The notes under the pieces are model-generated. The model was not told the origin of the DNA, did no database searches, and worked only from the letters and a program-made list of their open reading frames with translations. Both the position numbers and the translations under genes were made by a program. A stretch of 64,000 bases of DNA from assembly GCF_009914755.1 (NCBI RefSeq), contig NC_060936.1; one strand, written 5' to 3'. Source of the stretch: the human T2T-CHM13v2.0 reference genome, Homo sapiens. This document shows, one piece after another, positions 48,824 to 62,996 of this stretch. The number at the start of each line of letters is the position of its first letter. Positions within the stretch are counted from its first letter, which is position 1.

Positions 48824-50408
48824 CTGTAGGACAGACGAGACACATGGGCACCTGGGGTGTCCCGGCGGGAGGCGACACCGTTCCCTCCCTCTCACCTGCT
48901 GGCTGGAGCGGCTACTCCTTCCACGGCCTACCTGCCGCTGTGGCGGGGTAGAAAGAAGCCACCCCAGGCCTGGGAGGCCTCAGGTCCAATCCTGCTCTCC
49001 ACTCACTAGTGGGGCCACCCAGGGATACCACGGAGGGCAAGATGTCCCTGAGGCTCAGTCACCTGTCTGTCAAATGGGAGAGTGACCGTACCTACCCCGA
49101 AGGCCATTCGAAGATTCAGTGAGGTCACCGCAGGTCCCCACACAGGCAACCTCTCACAGCTGCAAGCCTGCCTGAGTTGTGGACTTGTTTGGTCCATGTC
49201 TGTCCCTCTGGGCCAGGCTGAGGGCAGGACCACCTGTTTCACTCAGCACTGCCTCCCCCAGTGCCCGGGCTCGCGTATGTCCGATGAATGCGTGAGTGAA
49301 TGGACAAATGTGTGAATGTGCAAAGGGCAACGGTAACTGCTCATCCTCTCCCGCCGCCATTCAAGATGGGCCTTTGGTTTTGTTGTAAATCTCCTCTGGC
49401 CTTCCCTGTGTTCCCTATCGGTACCCTGAGGTCAGGGAGCTCTGAGCACAGCTGTGCCCACACCCTGCTTGGTAAGAGCCATGTGGAAACCCAGTGTGGG
49501 GGCCCAGTGCAGGGGCAGATGGTGGGCCTGGCCCTCACCTCTGCTTCAAGGAGAAGCAGGAGCGTCCTGACTGCTGACGCCTGGAAGGCCAGGGGCCTGG
49601 ACCCTGGAACCCCAGCTGGCTGCATGACCTTGGGAAGTGACTTGGCTTTGTAGAGTCCCAGTTTCCCTATGTGTAGGATGGGCCAGGGCTGGCACTCTGG
49701 GCAGGTTCGCTGCTGTGGGAAGGATAAGGTGTCGAGCGTGAGTCTGGGCTGTCAGTGAACCAGAGTTGCTCTCAGAGAGGCCTAGGAGGCCTGCCCATAG
49801 GATGCCAGGGTCCCCCGTCTGGGAGGCAGCTGCGTTCCCGTGGGGGCAGATCAGAGGAAAGGGGAGAAGGAGCTGGGTGGGGGCTCCCTCCTGCCCGGAC
49901 AGCCTTTCCTTCCAGTGTGCCCGGCTGTGGAGAAACTAGCTTTCTTCTCCATCTGCAGTGGACACGTTTCCTGAATGTCTGGGGCTAAGCATAAGAGGTC
50001 ACAAGGGAGCACTTGCTCAGCTGCCAGTCCTCATCCCTGAAGAGTGCTATGGTGCCATCTTAACCAAGGACTCCCCAACACCCTGCCTCTCATGGGGCAC
50101 ACACAAGCCTTTAGGCCCACCAACTCCTCAGCCAGGGCCCTTCCCGGGGAGGGGGCCAATCAGCACCGAGGAGGGCCCTGAGCAGAGGTGCCGTCCCCAA
50201 GCCCAGCAGGGACTGGCCGAGGCTTCCACAGGGGGCTGGTCTGGAGGACACGGGCGTGAGGCCACTCTGGGTGCAGACCTGGCTTCTGCAGCACAAGTGC
50301 TGAGGATGTGGCTTTTACTCTTGGAAATGGAGGTCTTGGGCAGCTGGGGCTAAGGCTGGACACTAAACACAGCTCCTCCAGCGTGGAGCCTGGCGGGCCA
50401 CCACTTAC

Positions 50409-50564
50409 TGGTGCCATGGACCTCCTCGCCAGTGAAGCGGATGTTGAAGGCATATGTGGGGTCACCGCCACTGGCCAGCTTGACGCAGAGCTGAGACGAC
50501 GGCACTGAGGCCAGCTGCCTGGCAGCCTGACAGAAGTAGGAGTTTTCAGAAGCTCTGATTTCCC
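50409..50564 (-). CDS. HECTD4: HECTD4 exon: EIRASENSYFCQAARQL...AFNIRFTGEEVHGT(S), start of HECT
   Basis: ttccag| acceptor, A|gtaagt donor, 156 nt; FxGE HECT N-lobe motif. Confidence 0.92.
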
Positions 50565-51238
50565 CTGGAAAGTGAGATGAGCTGATCAAAGCACCCCGCC
50601 GTGGCCGCCCTCTCCCCTCCCCTTGAGGACAGACCCTGGGCCTAGCAGGCCTGTGCCTGTCCCTGGACCCCTGCTCCCTCGCTCGGCCCCCTGTGCCTTC
50701 TCTGCCCTCAGAACACCTTAGAGCCTTCTGTGCCTTAGCACTCATGGCTCCCACTTTTGGAACCTGCCCTCCTGGGCCCCCAGTGCTTGGCCCCTTCTCA
50801 TCTTCTAGAGGCTTCCCTCTGCCTCTTGGGGAGGTCCTCGCCCCCCAACTCCTCTCTCGTTTCCTCTGCGCATATCCCCCTTCTGTCTATACGCTGTGGC
50901 AGAGACTCTGGGGAGCCTCCCCAGTGACCTTCTCTCCCTTTCCTTTGATGCTGGAATCCCCATTTTTGGCAGGCACATGGCTGATCAGAGCAAAGCCTGC
51001 CCCACCTGACCCCATGCAGCTGGGTGGGCCCCCGGGAGCCAAGCTCCTTCTGCTATGCCCCTTCCCTGAGCTCCTGAGGGGACCTTCCAGCAGGAAGCCA
51101 CACACCAGGGCGCTCCAGCAGAACGACAGGAGGAACCGCTGCACCAGCCCTGGACCCCCTTCTTTTATGTTCCAGAAATCCGCTAGTGTGTTTAGGCACT
51201 GCCATTTTGCATTTTTTGCTCTCCGCAGCCAACCCCAC

Positions 51239-51358
51239 CTCCCACAATTTCCAGTGGGTCCAAGGTGATCTCAGGGGCCGCGTGGTCCGCTGTCCTCTGC
51301 ACAGTGGCATTCAGCACTCGATTCATCACGGTCACCTTCGTGTCATAGAAGATCAGCC
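51239..51358 (-). CDS. HECTD4: HECTD4 exon: LIFYDTKVTVMNRVLNATVQRTADHAAPEITLDPLEIVG(G)
   Basis: ccttag| acceptor, G|gtgggg donor, 120 nt. Confidence 0.9.
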
Positions 51359-52022
51359 CTAAGGAGAGGAACGTGGGAGAGGCTTGGGTGGGGCTTTGTC
51401 CCTTCCTTCCCAGTCCCCCCAAGACTCTCTTCCGGTCCCTGGGTGTGGCACTCTCAGGCCCCCTGGTGGCAGTAGAGCCGGGCCCTGACTGTGGAGGGTG
51501 GTGTGTCAGCATCCGCCCAGCATATACCCTTTGTCATTCCCAGGAGACATCCAATTTCTAGAAACAATGCAAACAAACTAGAGTTGCAAAATGGAATGTA
51601 GAAAATGATACCTATTTTTAATTTAAAAAAAGACAAAAAGCTGTGTGTGTGCACACATGTGTCTGTTTATATGTCAAGAGAAAAGTCTGGAAGGAGAGAG
51701 ACTCATCTGTTAACAATGTCACTTCTGGGATGTAGGGATGTGGAGGCCAGATAGTAAACAGACCTTCATATATGATTTCTAATTAATTTGAAAACCTTAA
51801 AAATAATTTTATTTTTCAGAGCATGTTACTTTTATAATTAAAGTAACTTCCCTTGGGTGGGCCTGTTGCTCCAGAGGAGCCCTGCCTGCTACATGAAAGG
51901 TTGAGGTGGGGTGGCATCTTCCTGGCGGGGCTGCCCAAGGACGCTGCCCGTGGATTCTGGCCCTGGTGTCTTGCAGGTCACCTCTCTCTTCCTGCAGGGC
52001 CAGGGCAGGTGCAGGCACTGAC

Positions 52023-52169
52023 CTTTGGCCTCCTTCAGCAGGGCGGCGATGCTGTGGGTATACATGGGTGTCTGGCGCAGCTCCACCAGGGGCAGGAAGA
52101 AGGTCTCCAGTGTGGTGTTGAGGGACTGCAGCAAGGCGAAGCGCAGGCGCAGGCTCTCGATGGGCACGT
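52023..52169 (-). CDS. HECTD4: HECTD4 exon: VPIESLRLRFALLQSLNTTLETFFLPLVEL...LKEAK(G)
   Basis: ccctcag| acceptor, G|gtcagt donor, 147 nt. Confidence 0.9.
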
Positions 52170-52767
52170 CTGAGGGCGCAGGAGCAGTCAGGCTGAGATC
52201 TCGGCCAGGTGGCTGAGATGCCTGACTCACAGGCAACACAGGCAACCCTATCACTGCGAACAGGATTGGTGGATTTTTTACCTGGGACCCTGGAGATGCT
52301 GTCAGTGAGTGAGCGGCCCCCAATGTGCCTGTGCCTATGCCAAGCAGACACAAAGGGCGAGGGCCTGGCTGGCCAGATGGAGGTGCTGGCTCTTAAGGAG
52401 TCCAAGGCCCCTCATCTACCTTCAGGGCCATGCCAGGGCTGTGCACTACGTTAGTTTTTGACTTACAATTTTGAAATAATAATATAGGAGGTTGCAAAAA
52501 TGGCACAAAGAGTCCCGTGTACATTTCTCCCAGTGTCCCCCAATGGTGATGTCATATCAAAACCAGGAAACTGTGCCACTGGCACACTGCCCTTCAGTCC
52601 TTCACCCTTCTCACTGTGACAGAAGGAAGTCAGGACAACCTCTTGTCCACCTTTACCTCCTTGGCACCCAGGAAAGAGCCAGGGCTCTGTGTCTGTTGCT
52701 GATGAGGCAAGCGGCTGAGCACAGCCCCTGGGACGAGTGTAATGAACTGCTCGCCAATACCTTGTAA

Positions 52768-53094
<327 letters not shown>

Positions 53095-53576
53095 TAGCGC
53101 GCCTGGCCCAGAGAACGGCTTTCTCTCTTTGGAAACACAGGGGCACCTGAATGGGCCTTCCTGCAATCCTAGCTTTTAACAAAAACATGGTGTTCCCCAT
53201 TATGAAGGCTAATGCCTCTACTGCAAGTTATCAGACTATAAATGCTTCTCACTCCCCATGGCAGCCTGGCCTCAGCGGGGCCTCCAGGCAGCGGCCTGGG
53301 CATTCCCCGCAGCCGTGCATTTCTGTATCTGCTCCCTGGCTTTGTTGTCACTGGCATTAAAAAAGGCCCCAGACTAATTAGGCCACAGTCCTGGCTCCCT
53401 GCCTTGCCCTCCCTGTTTCGTCAGCCCACTCTTCCTTGCACACCTGGCGCATAGCAGGTGTTCATAAGTGTTCGTTCGATGGACGTCTAAATGAATCTAG
53501 CCCTTGTAAATGCCCCTTGTCATGGGGCATGCCCGCATCAGGCAGCAGGGGAGGGGATAGGCCCAGGGCCACATAC

Positions 53577-53767
53577 TCAGGAGACAGGCCACTCTGGGGT
53601 CAGCAGCATCCGCGGGGTCCAGGTACACCTCATGGGGATGGAGCCGTGCGGGTGTGATGGCGAGGTGGCGGCATAGCTGGTTGATGTACTGCACAAGTGC
53701 CACGTCCATCTCCAGGGTCCACTTTCTTGAGGCCTTCTGTGCATGTCGGACATCGATGCATGCGCAC
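53577..53767 (-). CDS. HECTD4: HECTD4 exon: CACIDVRHAQKASRKWTLEMDVALVQYIN...RVACLL(N)
   Basis: ccccaag| acceptor, A|gtatgt donor, 191 nt. Confidence 0.9.
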
Positions 53768-54115
53768 CTTGGGGTGGGGACAGGGGGAGAGGGGCAAAGT
53801 GAGGCAGGGCACACCAGGATGACTGTTGCATTTCTCTTACAGAGCCCTGTCCTCAGCTCCTGGAGCACATTCAGAAGACGGCCTCGCCTTCCAGGTTGTT
53901 TCTTGGTGCCTGGACAGCTCCTCATGGGGAAAGCTCTTTCAAAAGAAGCAAGCCAAGCATGCCGGTGGGAGTGGGAATGCTGCATCCTTCTGGGAGGTGG
54001 CACCATGCACCCACCCATGCCTCACTCCTGTGTGTCGGCAGCAGCACGTGAGGGTGAAGGAGGAGCTCCTAATAGCATCAGCCTGCAGTGTGTCACACAA
54101 CTTTTTTCTCCTTAG

Positions 54116-54274
<159 letters not shown>

Positions 54275-54902
54275 TAATTTTTTAATTTTTTTATTTTTAT
54301 TTATTTATTTTTTGAGATGGAGTCTCGCTCTATCGCCCAGGCTGGAGTGCAGTGGTGCGATCTCAGCTCACTGCAAGCTCTGCCTCCTGGGTTCACGCCA
54401 TTCTTCTGCCTCAGCCTCCTGACTAGCTAGGACTACAGGCGCCTGCCACCACACCTGGCTAATTTTTTTTTTTGTATTTTTAGTAGAGACGAGGTTTCAC
54501 CGTGTTAGCCAGGATGGTCTCAATCTCCTGACCTTGTGATCCGCCCGCCTCAGCCTCCCAAAGTGCTGCGATTACAGGCGTGAGCCAATGCGCCCGGCCA
54601 ATTTTTAATTTTTTTTTGTAGAGATGGGGTCTCGTTGTGTTGCCCAGGCTGTTCTTGAAATCCTGGGCTCAAGCCATCCTCCCACCTCAGCTCCCAAAGT
54701 GCTAGGGTTTCTAAAACAAGTTCAGAAAACTTGTCCCTGCCACCATAATGCAAGATCCATTCAGGGACTGACTCTGAGCCTTCAACAATGGTACAAAAGG
54801 CTGGCACCAAGCAGTAAAGCATTTCTCAATTCTGAAAATGGATTTTTAAAAAAAGCATGTTTTGGTAGCCATTTTCTTTCCTTTTCTTTTTTTTTTTTTT
54901 GA

Positions 54903-55169
<267 letters not shown>

Positions 55170-55298
55170 TGACTTTTTTTTTTTTTTAAGACAGAGTGTG
55201 GCTCTTGTTGGCCGGGCTGGAGTGCCATGGTGCAGTCTTGGCTCACTGCAACCCATTGCCTCCTGGGTTCAAGCGATTCTCCTGCCTCAGCCTCCTGA

Positions 55299-55463
<165 letters not shown>

Positions 55464-56039
55464 TAGCCATTTTCTTTTTCTTTTTTTTGAGATGGAGTCT
55501 CACTCTGTCGCCCAGGCTGGAGTGCAGTGACACAATCTCGGCTCACTGCAACCTCTGCCTCCTGGGTTCAAGCGATTGTCCTGCCTCAGCCTCCTGAGTA
55601 GCTGGGATTATAGGCATGTGCCCCATGCCCGGCTAATTTTTGTATTTTTAGTAGAGACGGGGTTTCACCATATTGGCCAGGCTGGTCTCAAGCTCCTGAC
55701 CTCATGCCTCCCAAAGTGCTGGGATTACAGGTGTGAGGCACCGCGCCTGGCCTGGTAGCCATTTTCATTGATTGATGCCAGGTGCACTTGCTGTGGACAA
55801 GGCTGAGTAGGGGCGTGTGTGTGTGTATGTGCACACGTGCGTGAGCCAGAGGGAGGGCAGGGCAGGGTGATTTCTGAAGTGCCTGGGATTCACTTATAGC
55901 TAGAAAGGGGAAACCATATTTAGCCCTGAAGCCCTGGCAAGCTGTGGCCTAGCTGTGCCCCTGCCTGGGAAGGAGCGAGGGCAATGTGGACTCGAGGCAA
56001 AGTGTGACTCTGAGGATAAGGTTCTTTGGGGTAAGAAAC

Positions 56040-56428
56040 TGTTATGGGACTGAACTGTGTCCTCCCAGTCCCCGAACAGATACGTATGTTGAAGCCCTAA
56101 TCCCCAGTGTGACTACATTTGGAGACAGGGCCTTTAAAGAGGTGATTCAGGTTAAAAGAGGTCATCAGCGTGGGCTCCTAATCCAACAGGACTGGTATCC
56201 TTGTAAGAACAGGAGATTAGGACACAGGTAGGTACTGAGGGAAGACCCCATGTGAGGACCTTGAGAAGGTGGCAGTCTGGGAGCCAAGGAGAGCAGCCCC
56301 AGGAGAAACCAGCACTGCTGACACCTTGATCTGGGCCTTCCAGCCTCCAGAACTGAGAGAGAATACGTTTCTGTTGTTTAAGCTCAGTGTGTGGTGTCCT
56401 GTCACGGCAGCCCAAGCTGACCAGCACA
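56040..56428 (+). mobile_element. MLT1 (MaLR) solo LTR, probably MLT1B
   Basis: Starts tgttatgggactgaactgtgtc; typical gaagccctaatcccc...ggagacagggcctttaaagagg...ccagcctccagaactgagag; ends ...caca. Confidence 0.85.
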
Positions 56429-56641
56429 GTCTCCAAGTCAGGAGTGTGGAGAAAAAGAACAGGTTTGTTTACAAATGGGTTAGAAAACCCATTTAGCACT
56501 TAGGAAAAAACTCAGAAATTACGAAATAACTCAGAAAGCATTATCAACAGGGGAGACGGATCAGCTCCTCAGAAATTATGCTCTTGGCTGAAAACAATTT
56601 CTATGCAAGGTGCCAACTGAGTCGAGGGGTAACCCTCTTAC

Positions 56642-56765
56642 CTCTCAAAGTGAAGATCGTAACCACAGGACAAGATCGCCCTCCAGACGCTACGGATATC
56701 TTGCCTGGCTCGGTCAATAACAAATTTGTGAAATCCTTCCAGCGTCAGGTATTTTTCCTCAGGGA
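56642..56765 (-). CDS. HECTD4: HECTD4 exon: VPEEKYLTLEGFHKFVIDRARQDIRSVWRAILSCGYDLHFE(R)
   Basis: tttccaccag| acceptor fits phase 1; AG|gtaaga donor; 124 nt. Confidence 0.87.
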
Positions 56766-57501
56766 CTGGTGGAAAGGGTTCAGTGTGAGGAATCTGGTGA
56801 GACCTGCGCACATCGCGCGCCTCCAACGTGCTCTGCTCTCACCACAGCCTCTCCCCTACGGCCCAACCCATCTAATTCCCCTCTCCCTCCCGTAACTCTG
56901 GGAATTGTCATTTGCCATTGTGACCCACTGCGCACAGGATACTCATAAGCCCTCATGTGCCCAGGCCCCTGAGGGCTCTGTCTCCCTCAACAGGCTGCAG
57001 TTTCCCACATCCCCTCTTTCTATGAATCTCTAAAACATCCCCGACTGACAAAGCAATTTTCCAGACAACAAGAATAGCTTTCTCCAATGCTGCCTGGGCC
57101 TTTCTGGAGGCTTGCATTCTATTGCCCCAGCACAGGCCGCTAGCTTAGGCCAGTGCCTTCTAGAACAAAGCGTCCATGCAGATTTCCCAAGCTTCACTTT
57201 TCGGTCACAATCATCTGTTCTTTATCCTGGGCATGCGGTGTTTCTGGAACTGCTATTTTACTTCCTCAAGTTCATGGTCATCAAAGATGGCATCGAGGGG
57301 CGATCCCTGGCCAGGAATATTTCCCAGAATCTCTGGAAATGCTGTCCTGCCTGATACCCCAGGGAACCCAGAGCCCAGAGCAGAGGCCATCCCAGTAGGA
57401 GTGGCCAGTCAGGAAAAGCAGAGGCCTGCTCCTCGGGGGGTGCCTAGTCTCCAGGATGGAAGTAGGTCCCAGCCCACTCCAGGCCCCGTCTGCTCATTCA
57501 C

Positions 57502-57608
57502 CTTCTTGTTTTTTGGTAGGTGACTTTTCTGGGTCCTTTTCATCTGGTTTGCTCTTTTCTGGTGATTTTGGCTTCACAGTTGGCTTCTTCTCACTTAAGG
57601 CAGTCCTG
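57502..57608 (-). CDS. HECTD4: HECTD4 exon: RTALSEKKPTVKPKSPEKSKPDEKDPEKSPTKKQE
   Basis: ctacag|CAG acceptor (NAGNAG), G|gtgaat donor, 107 nt, phase 2 to 1. Confidence 0.87.
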
Positions 57609-57864
57609 CTGTAGACCAAAGCACTGGAATTAGACTAATGCACGTTCACACCTCCTCCCGATAGGAAATACACAGCCTCATAGTCATTCATTCCTGCTCC
57701 CTCCTCCAACTTAGGGCTTAGGGCTCAGATAGGGCGGGGGCGTTCAAGACCGCCTTTGTTCTGAGTGAGAAAAGTTCACTGAGCAAATTACAAGGACATA
57801 TCCGTGCCTTAAAACATGAAAAATCTTGTAGAGACTCTTTTCAAACACTCTTTCTACATATTTT

Positions 57865-58085
57865 AGAGCTACACTGTTCAATAAGGTAGCTGCTAGCCAG
57901 ATGTAGCTACCTAAGGTTAATTAAAATGAAATATAATCACAAATTCAGTTCCTGTTCACCCTTGCCACACTGCAAATGCCCCATAGCCAGTTGTGGTTAG
58001 GGGCTGCTGTACCCACCAGCACGGATATAGATACAGCACTGATTTCCACCAGCACAGAAAAGTACTATGGGACAGTGCTGATTGA
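57865..58085. mobile_element. MER3-like hAT-Charlie remnant
   Basis: ctgttcaataaggtagctgctagccagatgtagctac...aaattcagttcc...tagccagttgtggtta...atgggacagtgctg. Confidence 0.7.
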
Positions 58086-58120
58086 GAAACACCATTTCTA
58101 CATAATGAATTAACTTTTAA

Positions 58121-58522
<402 letters not shown>

Positions 58523-59003
58523 TGAACCGCCCATCTCGGCCTCCCAAAGTGCTGGGATTATAGGCGTGAGCCACCGCGCCCGGCCTATGAGGCTATTTTT
58601 TAAAAAAGGAATGGGGAATTCTTTTTGTACTGGTCTGAAATGATTTCCAAAATTAGTATTAAATAAAAATGGCAAGGTATGGACATTGTGTATGGTACCC
58701 AACACTGGGCATATGTATAGAATTGCTTCTGTATTTATAGAAAGGGTTCTTCCCAAAAGCTACAGAAGTAACCTTGCAGGCTCAGGGAGGGGAGCTTCAA
58801 GGCTTAAGAATGGTCCGGAGGAAGAGTGGCTTTTCACTGCATCTGCTTTTGAATCTTGTACTATTTTGGTCATTCAAAACTTATGAAAATAATATATAGG
58901 CATAAATCAAAGGTCATGTACTTAAAAGTAGTTGCTATGCAAGGGGCAATTCAATTTTTTCCAATAGGCACTATGCATTTTCTTTTTCTTTTTTTTGAGA
59001 TAG

Positions 59004-59165
<162 letters not shown>

Positions 59166-59836
59166 TAGAGATGGTGTTTTGCCATGTTGCCCAGGCTGGT
59201 CTTGAACTCCCGGGCTTAAGGCGTTATGCATTTTCTAATCTTTCTACAATAACTATGCATTATTTGTGTGACTAAAAGAAGTAGGATTAAAGAAAATATA
59301 GAACATTTTAAATGTTGTCTTCATTTAGATGGGTCGGCTTTCCAGCCTTCATGGTCAGAATCTGACCACACTTGTGGATAAAATGAAACTCTGATGTTCA
59401 CCTGATGGAGCTGAGGACTGAGAAAGGAGCTCAGCAGAAAGGGCCCAGACACCCACCGGGCACAGTGGCTCCCGCCTGTAACCTCGGCACTGTGGGAGGC
59501 CAGTGCAGGCTGATCGCTTGAGCCTAGGAGTTGAAGACCAGCCTGGCCAACATGGTGAAACCCCATCTCTACAGAAAATTTTAAAAAATTAGTCAGGTGA
59601 GGTGTCATGTGCCTGTAGTCCCAGATACTCAGGAGGCTGAGGTGGGAGGATCGCTTGAGCCCGGCTGCAGTGAGCTGTGATCGGGCCGCTGCACTCCAGC
59701 CTGGGCGACAAAGCATGACAAAAAAGGCCTGACACCAGGCTCCTCCAGAGGAGCTGCCGCCCCTCAGGCTCCTGCTCGGAGGCCTCCCCCACATCTGCCC
59801 ACAGGCTGGGCTGCCCAGGCTCCTTGGGGCACGCAC

Positions 59837-59988
59837 CTGACGCTGTTGAGCACAGCCTTGTCCTTGGCGGGCGGCTTGGTGATAGGCCGCTTGGTGCTCA
59901 CCACCTTCACGGGGTGCTGCTCCTTCCCGGCCTTGCTGTACTTGCTCTTGTCAAACTTGGGCTTTGGCACGCCATACTTCCTCAGGAT
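59837..59988 (-). CDS. HECTD4: HECTD4 exon: ILRKYGVPKPKFDKSKYSK...VLNSV(S)
   Basis: tccacag| acceptor, AG|gtgcgt donor, 152 nt. Confidence 0.9.
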
Positions 59989-60079
59989 CTGTGGAGCACA
60001 GAGGCAGCGGGGAGGCTCTCAGGTTCGCCCTGCAGGGCACCCAAGGCCCGGCCTGGGTATGGTGGGGACGGGCAGCTAC

Positions 60080-60303
60080 CTGGGTGAGCTGATCCTCCAG
60101 CACCTTTTTTGGCGGCCGGACATTGGTGAAGAAGAGGTGGAGGAGGTTGCCTGGGGTCTGGGAGTTGATCTGCTCTTTGCTAAGATAAATGTCAGAGACT
60201 CTGATGGGCTTCGCTGGTGTCAGGCTCAGCGTCTGCTCTGAATGGGCACAACTCTTAAATATCTCCGTCAGAACCTCTCTGGCTCCGGGCACCAGCTTCT
60301 CCC
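60080..60303 (-). CDS. HECTD4: HECTD4 exon: (G)EKLVPGAREVLTEIFKSC...KVLEDQLTQ
   Basis: Minus-strand ccaacag| acceptor, CAG|gtagct donor, 224 nt. No upstream partner exon was identified in the window. Confidence 0.9.
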
Positions 60304-61149
60304 CTGTTGGATGGAGAGGGGGCAAAACAATTCTGCCGTGAACATGCATCGGGACAAGCCCTGCGAGCATTCTGTTTCCAAACACTGTTTGAAAGGGGCA
60401 GTGGATGGACATTAGTGGAAGGAAGAGCTGCCCACCAAAGCCTGGCTCCCTCCCTGGGCACAGCCCAGCACATGCCCAGCCTTCCTTGCCGTAAGGTGCG
60501 GCCCTGCAACCGTGGTCACTGTGGGATGTGAGCCACATGGGGACCAGGCTGCTGTCCTCTGCACTTGGCCCCTACCTGGTTGCTCGGGGACGACAGGCCC
60601 CTCCCCGAGGGTGGGCACACCTCAGTGCTCACCCTCACTCTTATATCTGCAGGGAATTAACTTCCACTGGACTTGAGCCATTGTCCTCCTGGGGCTATTT
60701 ATCATAGCAGTTTAGTCTAGAATAATCCCAGAGGATAGATAGCCAGCAAGTATTTTTAGTGGGAAGTACAACTTGTTAAACAGGTGATCTCATTCATAGG
60801 AAATATTCTTCAAAACTGGCGCAATGAGCAGGTGAAAAAGAGTTTTCTGAGATACAAAAAAACTGTCTATAAGCACCAGAAAAAATATTTTTTTGTCCCC
60901 AAACAAGCACTCCAGAAGGTGCTCTCACCTTTCCTAAGGGCCAGTCATGAACCCATCTGCATGCTCTTAGGAATCACTCCGTTCTCCCAGCAGCCCAGGC
61001 CCCTCATTCCCTCTGGACTGCTCCCTCTCCTGGGGAGTCTGGCCTAGGCCAGGCCCAGCTGTGGCAACTCCAGCATATCTGGGCTGAGGGTGGGAGAGGC
61101 AGGTGTGTGGAAGAGAGAGGCTGAGACCTCAGCTGACTCAGCAGAGTCA

Positions 61150-61323
<174 letters not shown>

Positions 61324-62600
61324 TCAGCTACTCAGGAGGCTAAGGCATGAGAATCACTTGAAACCAGGAGGTGGAGGTTGCAGTGAGCCGATATGGTACC
61401 ACTGCATTCCAGCCTGGGTGACAGAGTGAGACTGTTTAAAAAAAAAAAAACAACAACAACAAAAAAAAGGAAACAACCCTCACATGAGGAGTGTACCTAG
61501 CACCATGAGGCAGATCCATGCAGTACCAAAAGACCAGGTACCATATGTGGAAAGTTTGACTGTAAAAGAAACAGGAACTAGAACTAAAATTCAGTATCTA
61601 AGTATGAGAAGACTGGGAAAGATAATCATGGCAGAAAGACCTCAGGCTTCCTGTTAAGCAGACCTGACATCGACTTTGGGGGCAGCTGAGAGCTGAGGGG
61701 GCAAAACGCACGCCAATGTGGGACAAGGCTGGGACCAGGGTGAGCCCACCGAGGTCTTTGCTCAATGCCAGGCAAGATTTAAGAAAACGCCAAAAACCTC
61801 AGTCATCAAGATAAACAATACTTTACTGCAGTATTTTAATCAGTCAAAATTATTTAGTAGCACTTGTCAGCTAAAAAAAAAAAAAAATTGGGCACGGTGG
61901 CTCACGCTTGTAGTCCCAGCACTTTGGGAGGCCGAGGCAGGCCTCCGCAGGATTACCTGAGGTCAGGAGTTCGAGTCCAGCCTCCACTGCTTGAACCCGG
62001 GAGGTGGAGGTTGCAGTGAGCTGAGATCGCACCACTGCACTCCAGCCTGGGTGACAGAGTGAGACTCCATCTCAAAAAAAAAAAAATTAACGTAAAAAAA
62101 CCTCCATGATGAACAAAATATTTACAGTGCTGTGCTGACCCATATCAGAGCCTGAGGAAGAGAAAAAGATCAGTAATGCTAATCCTATCTTTATTTAAAA
62201 TTTTAACACTTTGCTGATCATGGATACTTTAATTTTGACTTTAAAAAAACTATACTACAATATTATTTCTCTTACTGACTGAGTTTTTTGGAGCCCCATT
62301 AAATTGTGTACCCAAGATCTCACTTACCTCACCCTGATCCTACCTCTGAGGGAACATTTCCAGATTTCATGATTGGGGTAACCATGTTTTTTTTTAAAGA
62401 TGGGGTCACCCAGGTTGGAGTGCAGTGGCGTGATCTCAGCTCACTGCAGCCTTCGACTCCTGGGCTCAAGTGATCTTCCCACCTTAGCCTCCTGAGTAGC
62501 TGGGACTACAGGCATACGCCACCACGCCCAGCTTATTTCATTTTTTGTAGAGACGAGGTCTCACTATGCTGACCAGGCTGGTCTCAAACTCCTGGGCTCA

Positions 62601-62996
<396 letters not shown>

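Noticed and set aside
59989-60079. 91-nt HECTD4 intron as a second mirtron
   Set aside because: The intron ends do not pair convincingly.
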